Source: a virus
Taxonomy: Duplodnaviria; Caudoviricetes
Length of the DNA: 61,031 nt
Virus record (IMG/VR): IMGVR_UViG_3300006920_000008
Location: 1-61,031 of that record
Strand: one strand, 5' to 3'
In this document: positions 17,128 to 28,041 of the stretch, one piece after another
Layout: each line of letters starts with the position of its first letter
How positions within the stretch are numbered: position 1 is the first letter of the stretch
Notes under the pieces: model-generated
What the model was told of the DNA's origin: nothing
What the model saw: only the letters and a program-made list of their open reading frames with translations
Databases searched by the model: none
Program-made: the position numbers and the translations under genes

Positions 17128-17631
17128 ATGGCAACAAACAAAATACAAGGATATCAAGCACTTAGCATTGTTACTTCTGATAACGCTAACGTTCCTTACA
17201 CTGTAATTAGAGTAAGTGGGGAATGCGATACAATAAGCACAGACCAATTGAATGGTATGTCCGGTGTGGAATTTATTAAGAATGGAGTAAAAGCAGGTGA
17301 CATTGTAGTAAACACAATTACCGGTGTATCTGCAACGGTAACCGCAGTAATTGATTCTGAAGTGCTACAGTTAAATGCTAACATTTTTACTGTTGTTAAT
17401 GAAACATATACTATATATGCAGCAAGTGCAGTTGACAACTACCAAGATGCAAATAACGGATGTGTCTTATACATTGGTAAAGGTGGTGCAGGTCTCGATT
17501 TAAAGATAACTCCATTGGCTAATCAATTACCTGTAGTTTTTAAAAATGTAAAAGAAGGATTCTTTCCTGTTCAAGTAAAGAAAGTTTGGAAGACAGGCAC
17601 AACTTGTGCAGAAATTATAGCACTTTGGTAA
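17128..17631 (+). CDS. hypothetical, probably structural protein
   Basis: 167 aa, beta-rich; ends FFPVQVKKVW.TGTT...IIALW. Confidence 0.7.
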   Translation: MATNKIQGYQALSIVTSDNANVPYTVIRVSGECDTISTDQLNGMSGVEFIKNGVKAGDIVVNTITGVSATVTAVIDSEVLQLNANIFTVVNETYTIYAASAVDNYQDANNGCVLYIGKGGAGLDLKITPLANQLPVVFKNVKEGFFPVQVKKVWKTGTTCAEIIALW

Positions 17632-17734
17632 TATGGAAAAATTAACAATAGGCATAACAATTAGAATATGAAAAATTATTGGGTATATACTACCACTTGG
17701 GGAAACATCGTATTTAATTACAAACTAAATAATA

Positions 17735-17917
17735 ATGAGTAATTGGATGGGAGATATTAAGATGTACCTTCTTAATATAGGTACTTTTGCGATTTCGATG
17801 TCGCATATAGATATGATTTTAAAAATCACCTTGCTTGTTTTATCAGTGGGATATACCGCTCAGCGTTGGTACTTGTTAGATAAGGAACGCAGAGAAAAAA
17901 ATAACAATGAAGATTGA
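17735..17917 (+). CDS. putative holin or small membrane protein
   Basis: Hydrophobic with a charged tail; immediately before the endolysin. Confidence 0.55.
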   Translation: MSNWMGDIKMYLLNIGTFAISMSHIDMILKITLLVLSVGYTAQRWYLLDKERREKNNNED

Positions 17918-18368
17918 AAAACTTATAGTACATTGTTCAGCCACCCGAGAAGGTCAACATATAACTATTGACACTATAAGAGATTGGCACGTTAACGGCA
18001 GAGGTTGGAAAGATGTCGGCTATCATTATATTATTTATCTTGATGGCACAATTAAAAAAGGAAGAGAAGATAATGTTCCCGGTGCTCATTGTAGACAATA
18101 CAATAGAAGCAGTTTGGGAATTTGTTATATTGGGGGTGTTGAGTCCGATGGAAAGACACCTAAGGATACAAGAACTTGTGAGCAAGAAGAAAGTTTAGAA
18201 AGTTTACTTATGACTTTAAAGGCAATTCACACCGATAGTGTTGTTCACGGTCATAGAGATTTCGCAAATAAAGCTTGTCCAAGTTTTGATGCAACGGAAG
18301 AGTATAAATATATAAGCGAAATAGAGTATGAAAAAAATAGTGGAATGGTTCGGGGGGAGTGTAGTTAA
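17907..18368 (+). CDS. endolysin, N-acetylmuramoyl-L-alanine amidase (T7 lysozyme-like)
   Basis: IVHCSAT, GWKDVGYHY, GAHC, SLGICYIGG, HGHRDF..KACPSF. Confidence 0.92.
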   Translation: MKIEKLIVHCSATREGQHITIDTIRDWHVNGRGWKDVGYHYIIYLDGTIKKGREDNVPGAHCRQYNRSSLGICYIGGVESDGKTPKDTRTCEQEESLESLLMTLKAIHTDSVVHGHRDFANKACPSFDATEEYKYISEIEYEKNSGMVRGECS

Positions 18369-18723
18369 AGACTTACTCGGAGGACTTGATAATCTCTTTA
18401 CTTCTAAAGAGGAAAAAATAAAAGCACAAAACGTTATAAAGCAAATTCTAATTCAAAAAGAATTAGAGTTGCAAAAAATGCAAACTGAAATCATAGTTAC
18501 AGAAGCAAAAGGTAATTGGCTTCAAAGAAGTTGGAGACCAATATTAATGTTAGCTTTTGGTTTTATAGTAATCTATGTAAAGTTTATTGCACCATTATTT
18601 GATTTAAGAATTCCTGAGTTAGAAAATGAATTTTGGAATTTGTTGCAGTTAGGTATAGGTGGTTATGTTATAGGTAGGACAGGAGAGAAAATGATGAAGT
18701 CCTATTCTGATTCCAAAAAATAA
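18328..18723 (+). CDS. holin (3TM/GTA-holin-like)
   Basis: EAKGNWLQRSWRP + TM segments + GGYVIGRTGEK. Confidence 0.75.
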   Translation: MKKIVEWFGGSVVKDLLGGLDNLFTSKEEKIKAQNVIKQILIQKELELQKMQTEIIVTEAKGNWLQRSWRPILMLAFGFIVIYVKFIAPLFDLRIPELENEFWNLLQLGIGGYVIGRTGEKMMKSYSDSKK

Positions 18724-18775
18724 ACCATCAAATAATTTCAGTACCTTTGTATAATAATAAAAACTGCAAATATAG

Positions 18776-19507
18776 ATGTCAAGAATTCGCTTATATCCAA
18801 TTGATGAGAACGTAGTCGGTGGTGACAAAATGATTGGAACTAATATTAACAATGGAAGAACTAAAAACTTCTCAGTTAATAAAATGGTTCAATATATCAA
18901 TGAGTCATCTGCAATTGACACTCAAACATTGAGATATAAGTTTCAGTTTTTAGAGACGGGAGATACATTAGAACCCGGAACATTATCTTTCAATCCACAA
19001 CAAGGAAAGGTTGTTGATTTTATAAATGTATCAAACATAGTTTTAAGCGAAACAAGTTTAAGATATGTTAGTCAAGGTACACCAACAGATGTTTCAACTT
19101 TTTATTCAGCAATTATAGGCTCTCAGGTATTGATATCAGACACAACAGACATTTCTAAGTTTGGTGTTTTTGATTGGGATAGTAGTGTTGTTAGTGGTAA
19201 TCCTAATTTTTACGATATAGGATTAACCCTAATTTCAGGACAAGGTGCTTTAGAAAAGGATAAAGAATATTTCATATCTTTGTTGTCGTGGAACCCATCG
19301 GGTGCGGGAGGAGATAAAACATTTGTGTTTTCACAAGGAGTTCCTTTATATCAATGGGATATTACACACGATTTAAATAAATTTCCTTCAGTAAGTGTTG
19401 TTAATTCATTTAACGAAGAAGTATTTGGTAAAGTAGATTATATAAACAAAAATAGAGTAACGGTAACTTTCGCAGCACCCTTTTCAGGTCAAGCGTACTG
19501 CAACTAA
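18776..19507 (+). CDS. structural/tail-associated protein
   Basis: N-terminus shared with the 24521 protein, C-terminus similar to the 19529 protein; TACCTTTG promoter at 18742. Confidence 0.65.
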   Translation: MSRIRLYPIDENVVGGDKMIGTNINNGRTKNFSVNKMVQYINESSAIDTQTLRYKFQFLETGDTLEPGTLSFNPQQGKVVDFINVSNIVLSETSLRYVSQGTPTDVSTFYSAIIGSQVLISDTTDISKFGVFDWDSSVVSGNPNFYDIGLTLISGQGALEKDKEYFISLLSWNPSGAGGDKTFVFSQGVPLYQWDITHDLNKFPSVSVVNSFNEEVFGKVDYINKNRVTVTFAAPFSGQAYCN

Positions 19508-19528
19508 AAAAACAAAAACAATAAAATT

Positions 19529-21634
19529 ATGGCAATAAAATTTTTAGATGCAATTGACTTAACAGGATTAGAAATCCAAAATGTCATTGCACAGAACAAT
19601 CCGGGTAACCCTGCAAGTTCATTGGGTGAAGGACAATTTTTCTTTGATTCAACTGCAAAGACATTAAAGTATTATAATGGTACAGGATGGGTAGAACTTG
19701 ATGGTCAAGGTGGAGTAACAGGTATTACTGCAGGTCCCGGACTTTTAGCTTCTTCCTCAACGGGAGCGGTTACAATTAGTCCTGATTATTCAACTGCCAA
19801 AAACATTATTCTTTCAGCAACTAATTTAGCAGGTACACCTGTTCCTTTAGAGGCTCACATTATTTATTCAGATTCAAAGAGTGTTGTTAATTATGCAGCC
19901 GTACAAGACTTACCTTTTACTGCTAACACAGGTACAGTAACAGGGGTGTCAGGAACTGCTCCAATAGTTTCAAGTGGAGGTACTTCACCGACTATTAGCA
20001 TTAATGACTTCACGGGTGCAAACGGAACAACTGCAGGAACTAAAGGTGCAGTACCTGCACCGGCAGCAGCAGATAATGTTAAGTATTTAAAAGGGGATGG
20101 AACTTGGGCAACTATTCCTTCAGGATTTGCAGGGTTTGATATTACAGATGGAACAACTTCATTCTCGGTAGCTTCAGGTCAGACCGTAGGTTTTATTTCT
20201 AAAACCTTAACTGTTGACACTTCTACTCCTCTTACAGTTAGTTTAGAGTTACCAACAACAGGAATAACTGCAGGTAATTATACCTCAGCAGATATTACTG
20301 TAGATGCTGAAGGTAGAATAACCAAGGTTAGTGATGGTGGTGCAGGAACAATGAGTTCATTTATACTAACATCAGATAGTGGTACAAACCAAACAATAAC
20401 TGACGGGGAGACACTTACTATTAGTGGTGGTACTGCATTGTCAGGTGTGGTTGGTAATACAGATAAAGTAACTATTAATCACGATGCTTTTGGAAGTGCA
20501 GGAACATATGCATATCCTTCTCAAGTAGTAACAAACGCAACCGGTCACATTACCTCTATTACTGCAGGTAGTGCTCCGGGCACAATGAGTTCGTTTACTA
20601 TTGAAGCTGACTCAGGAACTGCTGAAACAATTAGCAATGGTAACTCAATAAACTTTGCCGGTGGTGAAGGTATTGTTACTGATGTAGCAGCTACAGACCA
20701 AATAAATATTGTACTTGACCTTACGGAACTTCCTGCAAGAACTGCAACGATAGACCCTAAGTCAGATAAATTAATTGGATTGTTTGATAAAGCAGCAGAC
20801 CAAAACACGGTTGTCATTGCTGATTTAACATTAAGTATGTGGGGAGCACCAACTGCTGACATAAGCATTGCTTCTAACAAACTTACTGATGTTAAAGACC
20901 CAACTGCTACTCAGGATGCAGCTACTAAAAACTATGTAGACACTACATTCGCAGGTTCAGGTGCATTGATTTACCAAGGTGGTTATGATGCAGATACTGC
21001 AGCACCAACAGGAGCAGCAGTTAAGAAAGGATTTACTTATGCAGTAACCAAAGCCGGTACAGGAAATCCTGTTGGATTTTGGAGTCCTGCTTTAGAGGTT
21101 GGTGATTTAATTATTGCTAATCAAGATAATCCTACAACTGCAGCAGATTGGACAGAGATTAACAAGAACATTGATGTTGCAACTGCAACGGTTCAAGGTA
21201 TTGCTAACTTCCCAACTGCAGGTGGACTAAGTGTATCTGCAGGTGCAGTAAGCTTACCAAACAAAGTAACTGCAGGTAGTGCAGGTACTGCTTCTAAGTC
21301 TGCTGCAATAACAGTTGATGCTAAGGGTAGAGTAACTGCTTTATCAGATGCAGATATTTCTATATCAGCAAGTCAAGTTAAAAACTTCTGTGCAGAAGTT
21401 GAAGCTTGTCAAACTAAGAGGGAATATGTTGAGACAGTTGGTGGTAGTGATACATTTGTTATTAATCACAAACTTGCCTCACAAAATGTAATGGTTCAGG
21501 TGTATTCAAATACTTCACCTTTTGATACTGTTCACGTTACAGTAGAAAGAACTGATGTTAATACCGTAACAGTAAGAACCGCTAAACCACAAGCAGCAGC
21601 AGCACTTGTTGTAATGGTTCAGAAAATAGGCTAA
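19529..21634 (+). CDS. tail fibre-like protein
   Basis: G/T/A/S-rich with internal repeats (ITVDA.GR.T; MSSF...DSGT) and a DAATKNYVD neck motif. Confidence 0.75.
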   Translation: MAIKFLDAIDLTGLEIQNVIAQNNPGNPASSLGEGQFFFDSTAKTLKYYNGTGWVELDGQGGVTGITAGPGLLASSSTGAVTISPDYSTAKNIILSATNLAGTPVPLEAHIIYSDSKSVVNYAAVQDLPFTANTGTVTGVSGTAPIVSSGGTSPTISINDFTGANGTTAGTKGAVPAPAAADNVKYLKGDGTWATIPSGFAGFDITDGTTSFSVASGQTVGFISKTLTVDTSTPLTVSLELPTTGITAGNYTSADITVDAEGRITKVSDGGAGTMSSFILTSDSGTNQTITDGETLTISGGTALSGVVGNTDKVTINHDAFGSAGTYAYPSQVVTNATGHITSITAGSAPGTMSSFTIEADSGTAETISNGNSINFAGGEGIVTDVAATDQINIVLDLTELPARTATIDPKSDKLIGLFDKAADQNTVVIADLTLSMWGAPTADISIASNKLTDVKDPTATQDAATKNYVDTTFAGSGALIYQGGYDADTAAPTGAAVKKGFTYAVTKAGTGNPVGFWSPALEVGDLIIANQDNPTTAADWTEINKNIDVATATVQGIANFPTAGGLSVSAGAVSLPNKVTAGSAGTASKSAAITVDAKGRVTALSDADISISASQVKNFCAEVEACQTKREYVETVGGSDTFVINHKLASQNVMVQVYSNTSPFDTVHVTVERTDVNTVTVRTAKPQAAAALVVMVQKIG

Positions 21635-21640
21635 AACTAA

Positions 21641-24211
21641 ATGGCATATATAAAGTTTAAGGAACCCATTGACGTTACCGATGACCTTAAGGTTAACGGT
21701 ACATCTTTGGGGTCCAATGCTTTTACGAGCACAACAATTCCAACAGACAATAATCAGTTAACTAACGGGAGGGGTTATATTACTCTTGCTCAAGTACCGG
21801 CTGAGTCTGATACTTTAGCTACAGTTACAGGGAGAGGTGCTACAACAAATAGTGCTCTTACTTTAAATGGTAACGTAACCTTAGGTAGTAGTGCCGATTT
21901 AGTATTTAAAGACTTAGGGGGAACTTTTCCAACATCAGGTAAAGGTTTTGATTGGACCTTAAATAATGATGGTGCAAGAATCTACGCACAACAACCATCT
22001 TCTGATTCAATTAATTTTGTTTTTGAATTAAGAGATAACACAACTGTAAACGATAAATTTATATTTTACGTTAAAGACTACAGAGGTGCAGCATTCAATA
22101 GAACTCCACTTGAATTGAGAGGTGGTACTATTGTTGATTTAGTAGATTCAGCTTTATATACCAATGGCTCTTTAAGACTTTCTAATACAGGTGTTCTTTC
22201 AAATGTAACAAACACCAATTGGGATAATGCTTACAACAATCAAATTACAAAACTTGCAGTAACCGGTAACACAACTAAAACATTAACTGCTACTCAACAA
22301 GATGGTGGTACGTTAACTGCATCTTGGACAGACAACTCAGCTTCAGTAAGCAATAATAAAATTACATTATCTGCAGGTTCAGGTATGAGTGGTGGAGGAG
22401 ACTTTACACTAAACCAAACTACAGATGAAACAATCACACTAACAAACAACGACAAAGGCTCTTCTCAGGCAATATTTAAAAATGTTACTAATGGTGTGGG
22501 CATTATTAAAGCAACATCAAATAACGACACTTAAACTCTTATTGGTTGTAAAGGAACAAATGTAACTATTAACGAAGAAACAAGAGAAGTTGAGTTTTGT
22601 GTTGATAGACAAACATTATCTGTAGTAGGTGAGGAACTTACTATAACCGATGGTAACACTGTAACCCTACCAACAAACACAGGACCTCAAGGTCCTAAAG
22701 GAGATACGGGAGCACAAGGACCGGAAGGTCCGGAAGGACCACAAGGTGCAAAAGGAGACACGGGAGCAGCCGGTGCAAAAGGAGATACGGGAGCAGCCGG
22801 TGCAAAAGGAGATACGGGTAGTCGAGGACCAATAGGCTTGACAGGACCGGAGGGTCCTCAAGGTCCTAAAGGAGATACAGGCGACCAAGGTGTTAAAGGT
22901 GATACCGGAAGCCAAGGACCAATAGGATTAACAGGTCCACAAGGACCCGAAGGACCACAGGGTGATATTGGCAAGACCGGTGATACGGGTGCTAAAGGCG
23001 ATACAGGTGCACGGGGTCCTATCGGATTGACAGGACCTGAAGGTCCACAAGGACCAAAGGGTGATACAGGTGACCAAGGTCCCAAAGGAGACACAGGTTC
23101 TCAGGGTCCTATAGGTTTGACGGGACCAACGGGACCCGAAGGACCACAGGGTAAGACCGGTGCCACAGGAGCCACCGGACCACAGGGACCTAAAGGAGAT
23201 ATTGGAGCAACAGGACCGGAAGGTCCTAAGGGAGATACCGGAAGTACGGGTCCACAAGGTGCTAAGGGAGATACCGGAAGTACGGGTCCACAAGGTCCGG
23301 AAGGACCCGAAGGACCACAAGGGAAAACCGGAGATACCGGTGGTGTTGGACCTGAAGGACCTAAGGGAGATACAGGTGCTAAGGGAGATACCGGAAGTAC
23401 GGGACCAACGGGACCGGCAGGTGCTAAGGGTAGTACCGGAGCAGTTGGACCTGAAGGACCGGAAGGACCGGAAGGAGCCAAAGGCGATACGGGAGCAAAA
23501 GGAGACACGGGAGCAGTTGGACCGACAGGACCAAAAGGTAGCACCGGAAGTGTAGGACCGGAAGGACCTGCAGGAAAAGATGGAGCAACAGGTCCGGAAG
23601 GACCTGAAGGACCTAAAGGAAGCACAGGGTCAACGGGACCTCAAGGTCCACAGGGTCCGGCAGGAGCCAAAGGAAGCACAGGGTCAACGGGACCGCAGGG
23701 ACCGGAAGGTCCGGAAGGTCCGGAAGGTCCGGCAGGAGCCAAAGGAAGTACAGGCTCAGTAGGACCGCAGGGACCGGAAGGTCCACAAGGAGAAAAAGGA
23801 AACACCGGTGCACAAGGACCAATAGGATTAACGGGACCTCAGGGAGCCAAAGGCGATACCGGAAGCCAAGGACCTCAGGGAGCCAAAGGTGATACAGGAA
23901 GTACAGGACCACAAGGACCACAGGGTCCGGCAGGAGCAGATGGTAAAGATGGAGCAACAGGACCTCAAGGTCCACAGGGTGCAACCGGCTCAAAAGGAGC
24001 AACCGGAGCAACAGGACCTCAAGGTCCACAAGGTCCACAAGGACCACAAGGACCTGCAGGAGCAGATGGTGGCGGTGATATTTTCCTTAACGGTAAACAA
24101 ACACAAATTGTTAGACAAGATTATATTACAGAAGGTAAGACTGCATACTTGCAAATAACTTTTGATGATGGAAGTACAACTTGTATATTGTTAACTCGAT
24201 GTGAGTTTTAA
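21641..24211 (+). CDS. fibre protein with a long collagen-like domain, interrupted by an in-frame TAA at 22532-22534
   Basis: ORFs 21641-22534 and 22838-24211 share one frame and the sequence between them is open: ...SNNDT*TLIGCKG...[10 protein letters not shown]. Confidence 0.75.
22682..24070 (+). repeat. Gly-X-Y collagen-coding repeats
   Basis: Continuous GPQ/GPE/GDT/GAK triplets. Confidence 0.95.
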
Positions 24212-24266
24212 TTGCAATAGAAAATTTCATATCTTTGTAACTAATAATTAATTTAATATAAATCAA

Positions 24267-24521
24267 ATGGCAAAAAGTAAAAAATTGACAGAACAAGAAC
24301 TTACACAAGTTCAATCAATGCTAAACGCATTCAATCAATTAAAGATGCAACTTGGAGATGCAGAACTACAAAAAGTAGCACTCGTTAAAAAGATTGACAC
24401 TTTAAAATCTGATTATGCAGCAGTAGAATTAGAACTATCTAAAAAGTATGGTGAAGATTCTCAAATTGATGTTCAAACAGGAGAAGTAAAAAAGAAAGAA
24501 GAACTAACTAAAGTAGAATAA
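24267..24521 (+). CDS. small coiled-coil protein, possible fibre chaperone
   Basis: Heptad-like; ends KYGEDSQIDVQTGE; TATCTTTG at 24230. Confidence 0.65.
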   Translation: MAKSKKLTEQELTQVQSMLNAFNQLKMQLGDAELQKVALVKKIDTLKSDYAAVELELSKKYGEDSQIDVQTGEVKKKEELTKVE

Positions 24522-26587
24522 TGGCAAGAATAAGTACATATGCAATAGATGGCATCCCAACAATTCACGACAAAGTAATTGGTACAAACGTTGATGATGC
24601 TGATGTTACAATGAATTATACCATTGGAGACATTATTGCATTAGTACCGGGAGGCTCAGCTTCCGTTCAGTCATTAAATACTCTTACGGGTGACTTAAAC
24701 TTAGTTGGAGCCGGAGGCATTAGTATTAGTGCTTCCGGAACTGACATTACTATTACAGGCAGTGGCAGTGGTATTCAATCTATTGATGGAGCAACAGGTC
24801 CTGATATTGATTTAGTAGGTAAGGGAGGTATTACAATAACTGCAGTAGGGAACTTAATTAACATAGATGGTTCAGGTATTTCAGGAGGTAGTCCGGGAGC
24901 ACCTAACCTTGGAGTTCAATATAATGATGGTGGTAACTTTGCTGCAGGTGATTTTTTCACAGTAGATTTAAAAGGATACGCAAACCCTGCAGTTAATATA
25001 GGTAAAAACCAAGAACTAAAAGGTCAGTTAAATATATTTTCAGGAACCGGTGAAGGCTCGTTTTTTGGAGAGACAAGATATTATGATGCAATTGGTTCGG
25101 GTCAATATGCTTCTTGGGCATCTCCGGGTCAAATATCAAAACAAAGCTATGCGGTTGCTCTACCGGAAAACGAACCGGCAACAGGTCAAGTATTAGTTAT
25201 TGATAAAGTTGCAACCTCAACAACTCCTTACACATCTCTATGGTCTACCGTAGGTGGTAGTAGTGCTGATGAAAAATTTAAATATGATGCAGCAGATACT
25301 CAAGCAGGATATTGGAGTGAAAAAGTAACAATAGGTTCAGGTTTATCAGGTTCAGTTAATACAGATGTAAATGGTGTTAAAACACTAACTATAAGTGCTG
25401 TATCATACAATATGGTAAATAGTATTAAGGTTGGTAGTGATACTGAATCAGGAACATTTGAGTTTACAGGTTCAGGTGTTACTATGGACAACTCAAGTAA
25501 TCCAACTGTAATTAATTTTGATTCAGGAAGTTCAGGAATTACAGGGGTTATAGGACCGAATGCATCTGTTGTAGGAGATATAACATTTAACGGTGCTTTA
25601 GTTTCTCAAACCGGAAATACATTTTCATTTGATTTACCAAAGAGTGGTCTTGTAACAAGTGTTACGGCAACTAATCCTATTAAGAGTTCCGGTGGAACAA
25701 CACCGGATATTAGTATGAGTGCAGCTTCGGCAACAGGTGATGGGTATTTATCATCAGGAGACTTTGCTACTTTTAATAGTAAACAAGATGCTTTAGTTAG
25801 TGGAACAAATATTAAAACCGTTAATGGAAACAGTCTTCTTGGTAGTGGAAATTTAGCTATTACTGCTACTGCAACACCGGGTGGTTCAGCATCTAATGTT
25901 CAATTCCATAATTCAAGCGGATTATTAGATGGTGATATACAATTTACTTATAACTTAGATTCAGTTAATAAAATTGCTACGGTTAAAATAGGTGATGAAG
26001 TTTCTCCATCTGAAACTTATGGAGTATTAAGGCTTGACGGAAACAATGGTAGCCAAGGTGGTAAAGTTGAATTTAGAACAGGAAGCAGTAAAGCAGTTAC
26101 TCCAAAAACAATTACTCTTCAAGCACCGACTTCAGGTGTTGACCAAGTGATTTCATTACCTGAAACTTTACCTACTGCAGGAACTCAAGTGTTAGGTCTT
26201 AAAGCAATCAGTGGAACAGACATAAGCACACAATGGGTAGACCAATCAGCATCTTCACTGCCTTATACAAGTTACGAGGTTCTTTTTTCAACTGCCGGTG
26301 GTGTGGTAAATGCTAAGCAATTAAATAACACAACGGCTTTGACTTTTGGTTGGACAGATAATCGTAATGGTACGTTAACTGTTAAAGCAAGTGGGACACT
26401 TCCGGATACTGATGAAGTATTTGTATTGTTAAATGGATTTGGTGGTTCAAAAGGTGGAATAGTTCAATGCTACTTTGGTGGTTTCGACAGAGTTCAAAAA
26501 GAAATTCAAATTGACATATATGATGAAGTACTTCAAAATCAAGCAATTGATATCATACAAGGCAACTTTGAACTTAGAATATACTAA
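24521..26587 (+). CDS. tail fibre/spike-like protein
   Basis: 688 aa, G/S/T-rich with VQSLN..TGD and VQYN/VQFHN repeats, KQDALVSGTNIKTVNG. Confidence 0.75.
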   Translation: MARISTYAIDGIPTIHDKVIGTNVDDADVTMNYTIGDIIALVPGGSASVQSLNTLTGDLNLVGAGGISISASGTDITITGSGSGIQSIDGATGPDIDLVGKGGITITAVGNLINIDGSGISGGSPGAPNLGVQYNDGGNFAAGDFFTVDLKGYANPAVNIGKNQELKGQLNIFSGTGEGSFFGETRYYDAIGSGQYASWASPGQISKQSYAVALPENEPATGQVLVIDKVATSTTPYTSLWSTVGGSSADEKFKYDAADTQAGYWSEKVTIGSGLSGSVNTDVNGVKTLTISAVSYNMVNSIKVGSDTESGTFEFTGSGVTMDNSSNPTVINFDSGSSGITGVIGPNASVVGDITFNGALVSQTGNTFSFDLPKSGLVTSVTATNPIKSSGGTTPDISMSAASATGDGYLSSGDFATFNSKQDALVSGTNIKTVNGNSLLGSGNLAITATATPGGSASNVQFHNSSGLLDGDIQFTYNLDSVNKIATVKIGDEVSPSETYGVLRLDGNNGSQGGKVEFRTGSSKAVTPKTITLQAPTSGVDQVISLPETLPTAGTQVLGLKAISGTDISTQWVDQSASSLPYTSYEVLFSTAGGVVNAKQLNNTTALTFGWTDNRNGTLTVKASGTLPDTDEVFVLLNGFGGSKGGIVQCYFGGFDRVQKEIQIDIYDEVLQNQAIDIIQGNFELRIY

Positions 26588-26814
26588 TGGATATTAGAAA
26601 AATTTCTATAGGACCTGATTATAAGTCAGGAGCAATGCATTATATTGTAGGTCAAGCAGTGTTAAATGGTAGTTATACAATTCATTTAATTAAGTTTGAA
26701 GAAGAGTCTGATAGTATTTTAATATACATTCAGAAAAATGATGAAATATTATTATGGAAAGAGTTCACATCTATGATGCCTGTCTCTATTGAATACAATA
26801 TAAATTTTCTGTAA
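26587..26814 (+). CDS. hypothetical protein
   Basis: MDIRKISIGPDYK..AMHY. Confidence 0.7.
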   Translation: MDIRKISIGPDYKSGAMHYIVGQAVLNGSYTIHLIKFEEESDSILIYIQKNDEILLWKEFTSMMPVSIEYNINFL

Positions 26815-26996
26815 TGACAGATAATGAAAGAAAAGAACTAACAGAAAAAGTAGAAGTTCTTAAAAAACAAAAAGAAAGTATCTCTGATTGGATGGAACAA
26901 ATGTCAGTTGCTGATGAGATTCACAATATTGAAATGAAATTAAATGGAGTCAAACCAACTGATTCACATATAGACTGTATTGGTTGTGGCTCATAA
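26814..26996 (+). CDS. hypothetical protein with C-terminal CxxC
   Basis: Ends DCIGCGS. Confidence 0.65.
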   Translation: MTDNERKELTEKVEVLKKQKESISDWMEQMSVADEIHNIEMKLNGVKPTDSHIDCIGCGS

Positions 26997-27004
26997 ATTA
27001 AATT

Positions 27005-27568
27005 ATGAAATCACCTTTTGCTTTTATTGTAAAACCTTTAAAGGGTAAGCGATATAACAACACAAAAGAAATGTCCGGATTGGACATTATTATAAGTACA
27101 TCTGAAGAGGATTTTCGATTTGCGAATCGAGAAGCCGAAGTAATAGAACTCCCCCTTGGATATAAAGGTCCAATAAAGGTGGGAGATTTTTTATTAGTAC
27201 ATCACAATGTTTTTAAGTTCTACAATGATATGAAGGGTACAAAACGAAGTGGTAAAAGTTACTTTAAGGATGATTTGTTTTTTGTAGAAAAAGAACAATT
27301 TTATATGTATCATAATGGCACACAATGGAATGCCTGTGATAGATACTGTTTTGTCAAACCTGCTCCCGTTGAAGAATCATATGTATACAAACCTTTAAGT
27401 GAAGAGCCTTTAGTAGGTGTTATGGAATACCCAAACGATTACTTAAAATCTAAAGGTGTCACAAAAGGAGATAAGGTTTGTTACAAACCCAATAGTGAAT
27501 ATGAGTTCATCGTTGATGATGTTAAGATGTATAGAATGTTTGACCATCAAATCGTTATGTCAATATGA
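27005..27568 (+). CDS. GroES-fold-like protein, possibly two tandem domains
   Basis: FIVKP...AEVIELP..IKVGDFLLV and CFVKP...VTKGDKVCY...YRM. Confidence 0.5.
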   Translation: MKSPFAFIVKPLKGKRYNNTKEMSGLDIIISTSEEDFRFANREAEVIELPLGYKGPIKVGDFLLVHHNVFKFYNDMKGTKRSGKSYFKDDLFFVEKEQFYMYHNGTQWNACDRYCFVKPAPVEESYVYKPLSEEPLVGVMEYPNDYLKSKGVTKGDKVCYKPNSEYEFIVDDVKMYRMFDHQIVMSI

Positions 27569-28041
27569 ATGTAGGAATATTTGAAGATGTAATAAAGGAT
27601 GTAGAGTCTTATGTTCAGGATATAAATGATTTTGGATTTGAAGATGTTAGTCTTGATGAGGGTTTGTTTAAGAATATACAGATAAGACCTGTAGATGAAT
27701 TTGTTCTGTTTTTAGAAAAAAAATATCCATCGTATGAAGCAGTTTTAAATTTCATTAGACGTTCACCTAAGAACCAAGAAGAACCAAATTGGATTCATAC
27801 AGATGAAATGATGGGAGACTTGACCGCTATACTTTACTTAAACACAGAGCATCCTGAAAAGGATGGAACTACGTTATATTATAAAGGAGAAAAAATGTGT
27901 ATATTGAGGTCAAGATATAATAGGCTTATTGTTTTTCCATCTAACCTTTATCATTCAAGAAATATTTTTGAAAATTTTGGTTATGCAGAAAAAGCAAGAT
28001 TAATACAAGTGTGTTTTTTAAAAGAAAAAAACAATGGATGA
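27565..28041 (+). CDS. 2OG-Fe(II) oxygenase
   Basis: WIHTD..TAILYLN..GTTLY..YNRLIVF...YHSR..RLIQVCF. Confidence 0.8.
   Translation: MNVGIFEDVIKDVESYVQDINDFGFEDVSLDEGLFKNIQIRPVDEFVLFLEKKYPSYEAVLNFIRRSPKNQEEPNWIHTDEMMGDLTAILYLNTEHPEKDGTTLYYKGEKMCILRSRYNRLIVFPSNLYHSRNIFENFGYAEKARLIQVCFLKEKNNG

Noticed and set aside
12676-22534. Stop-codon reassignment or a suppressor tRNA explaining the in-frame TAA
   Set aside because: The tRNA anticodon is TCT (Arg), TAA terminates most genes normally, and the long genes are intact in the standard code
22667-24158. Many overlapping alternative-frame and antisense ORFs in the collagen region
   Set aside because: They are a by-product of GC-rich Gly-X-Y repeats that lack stop codons
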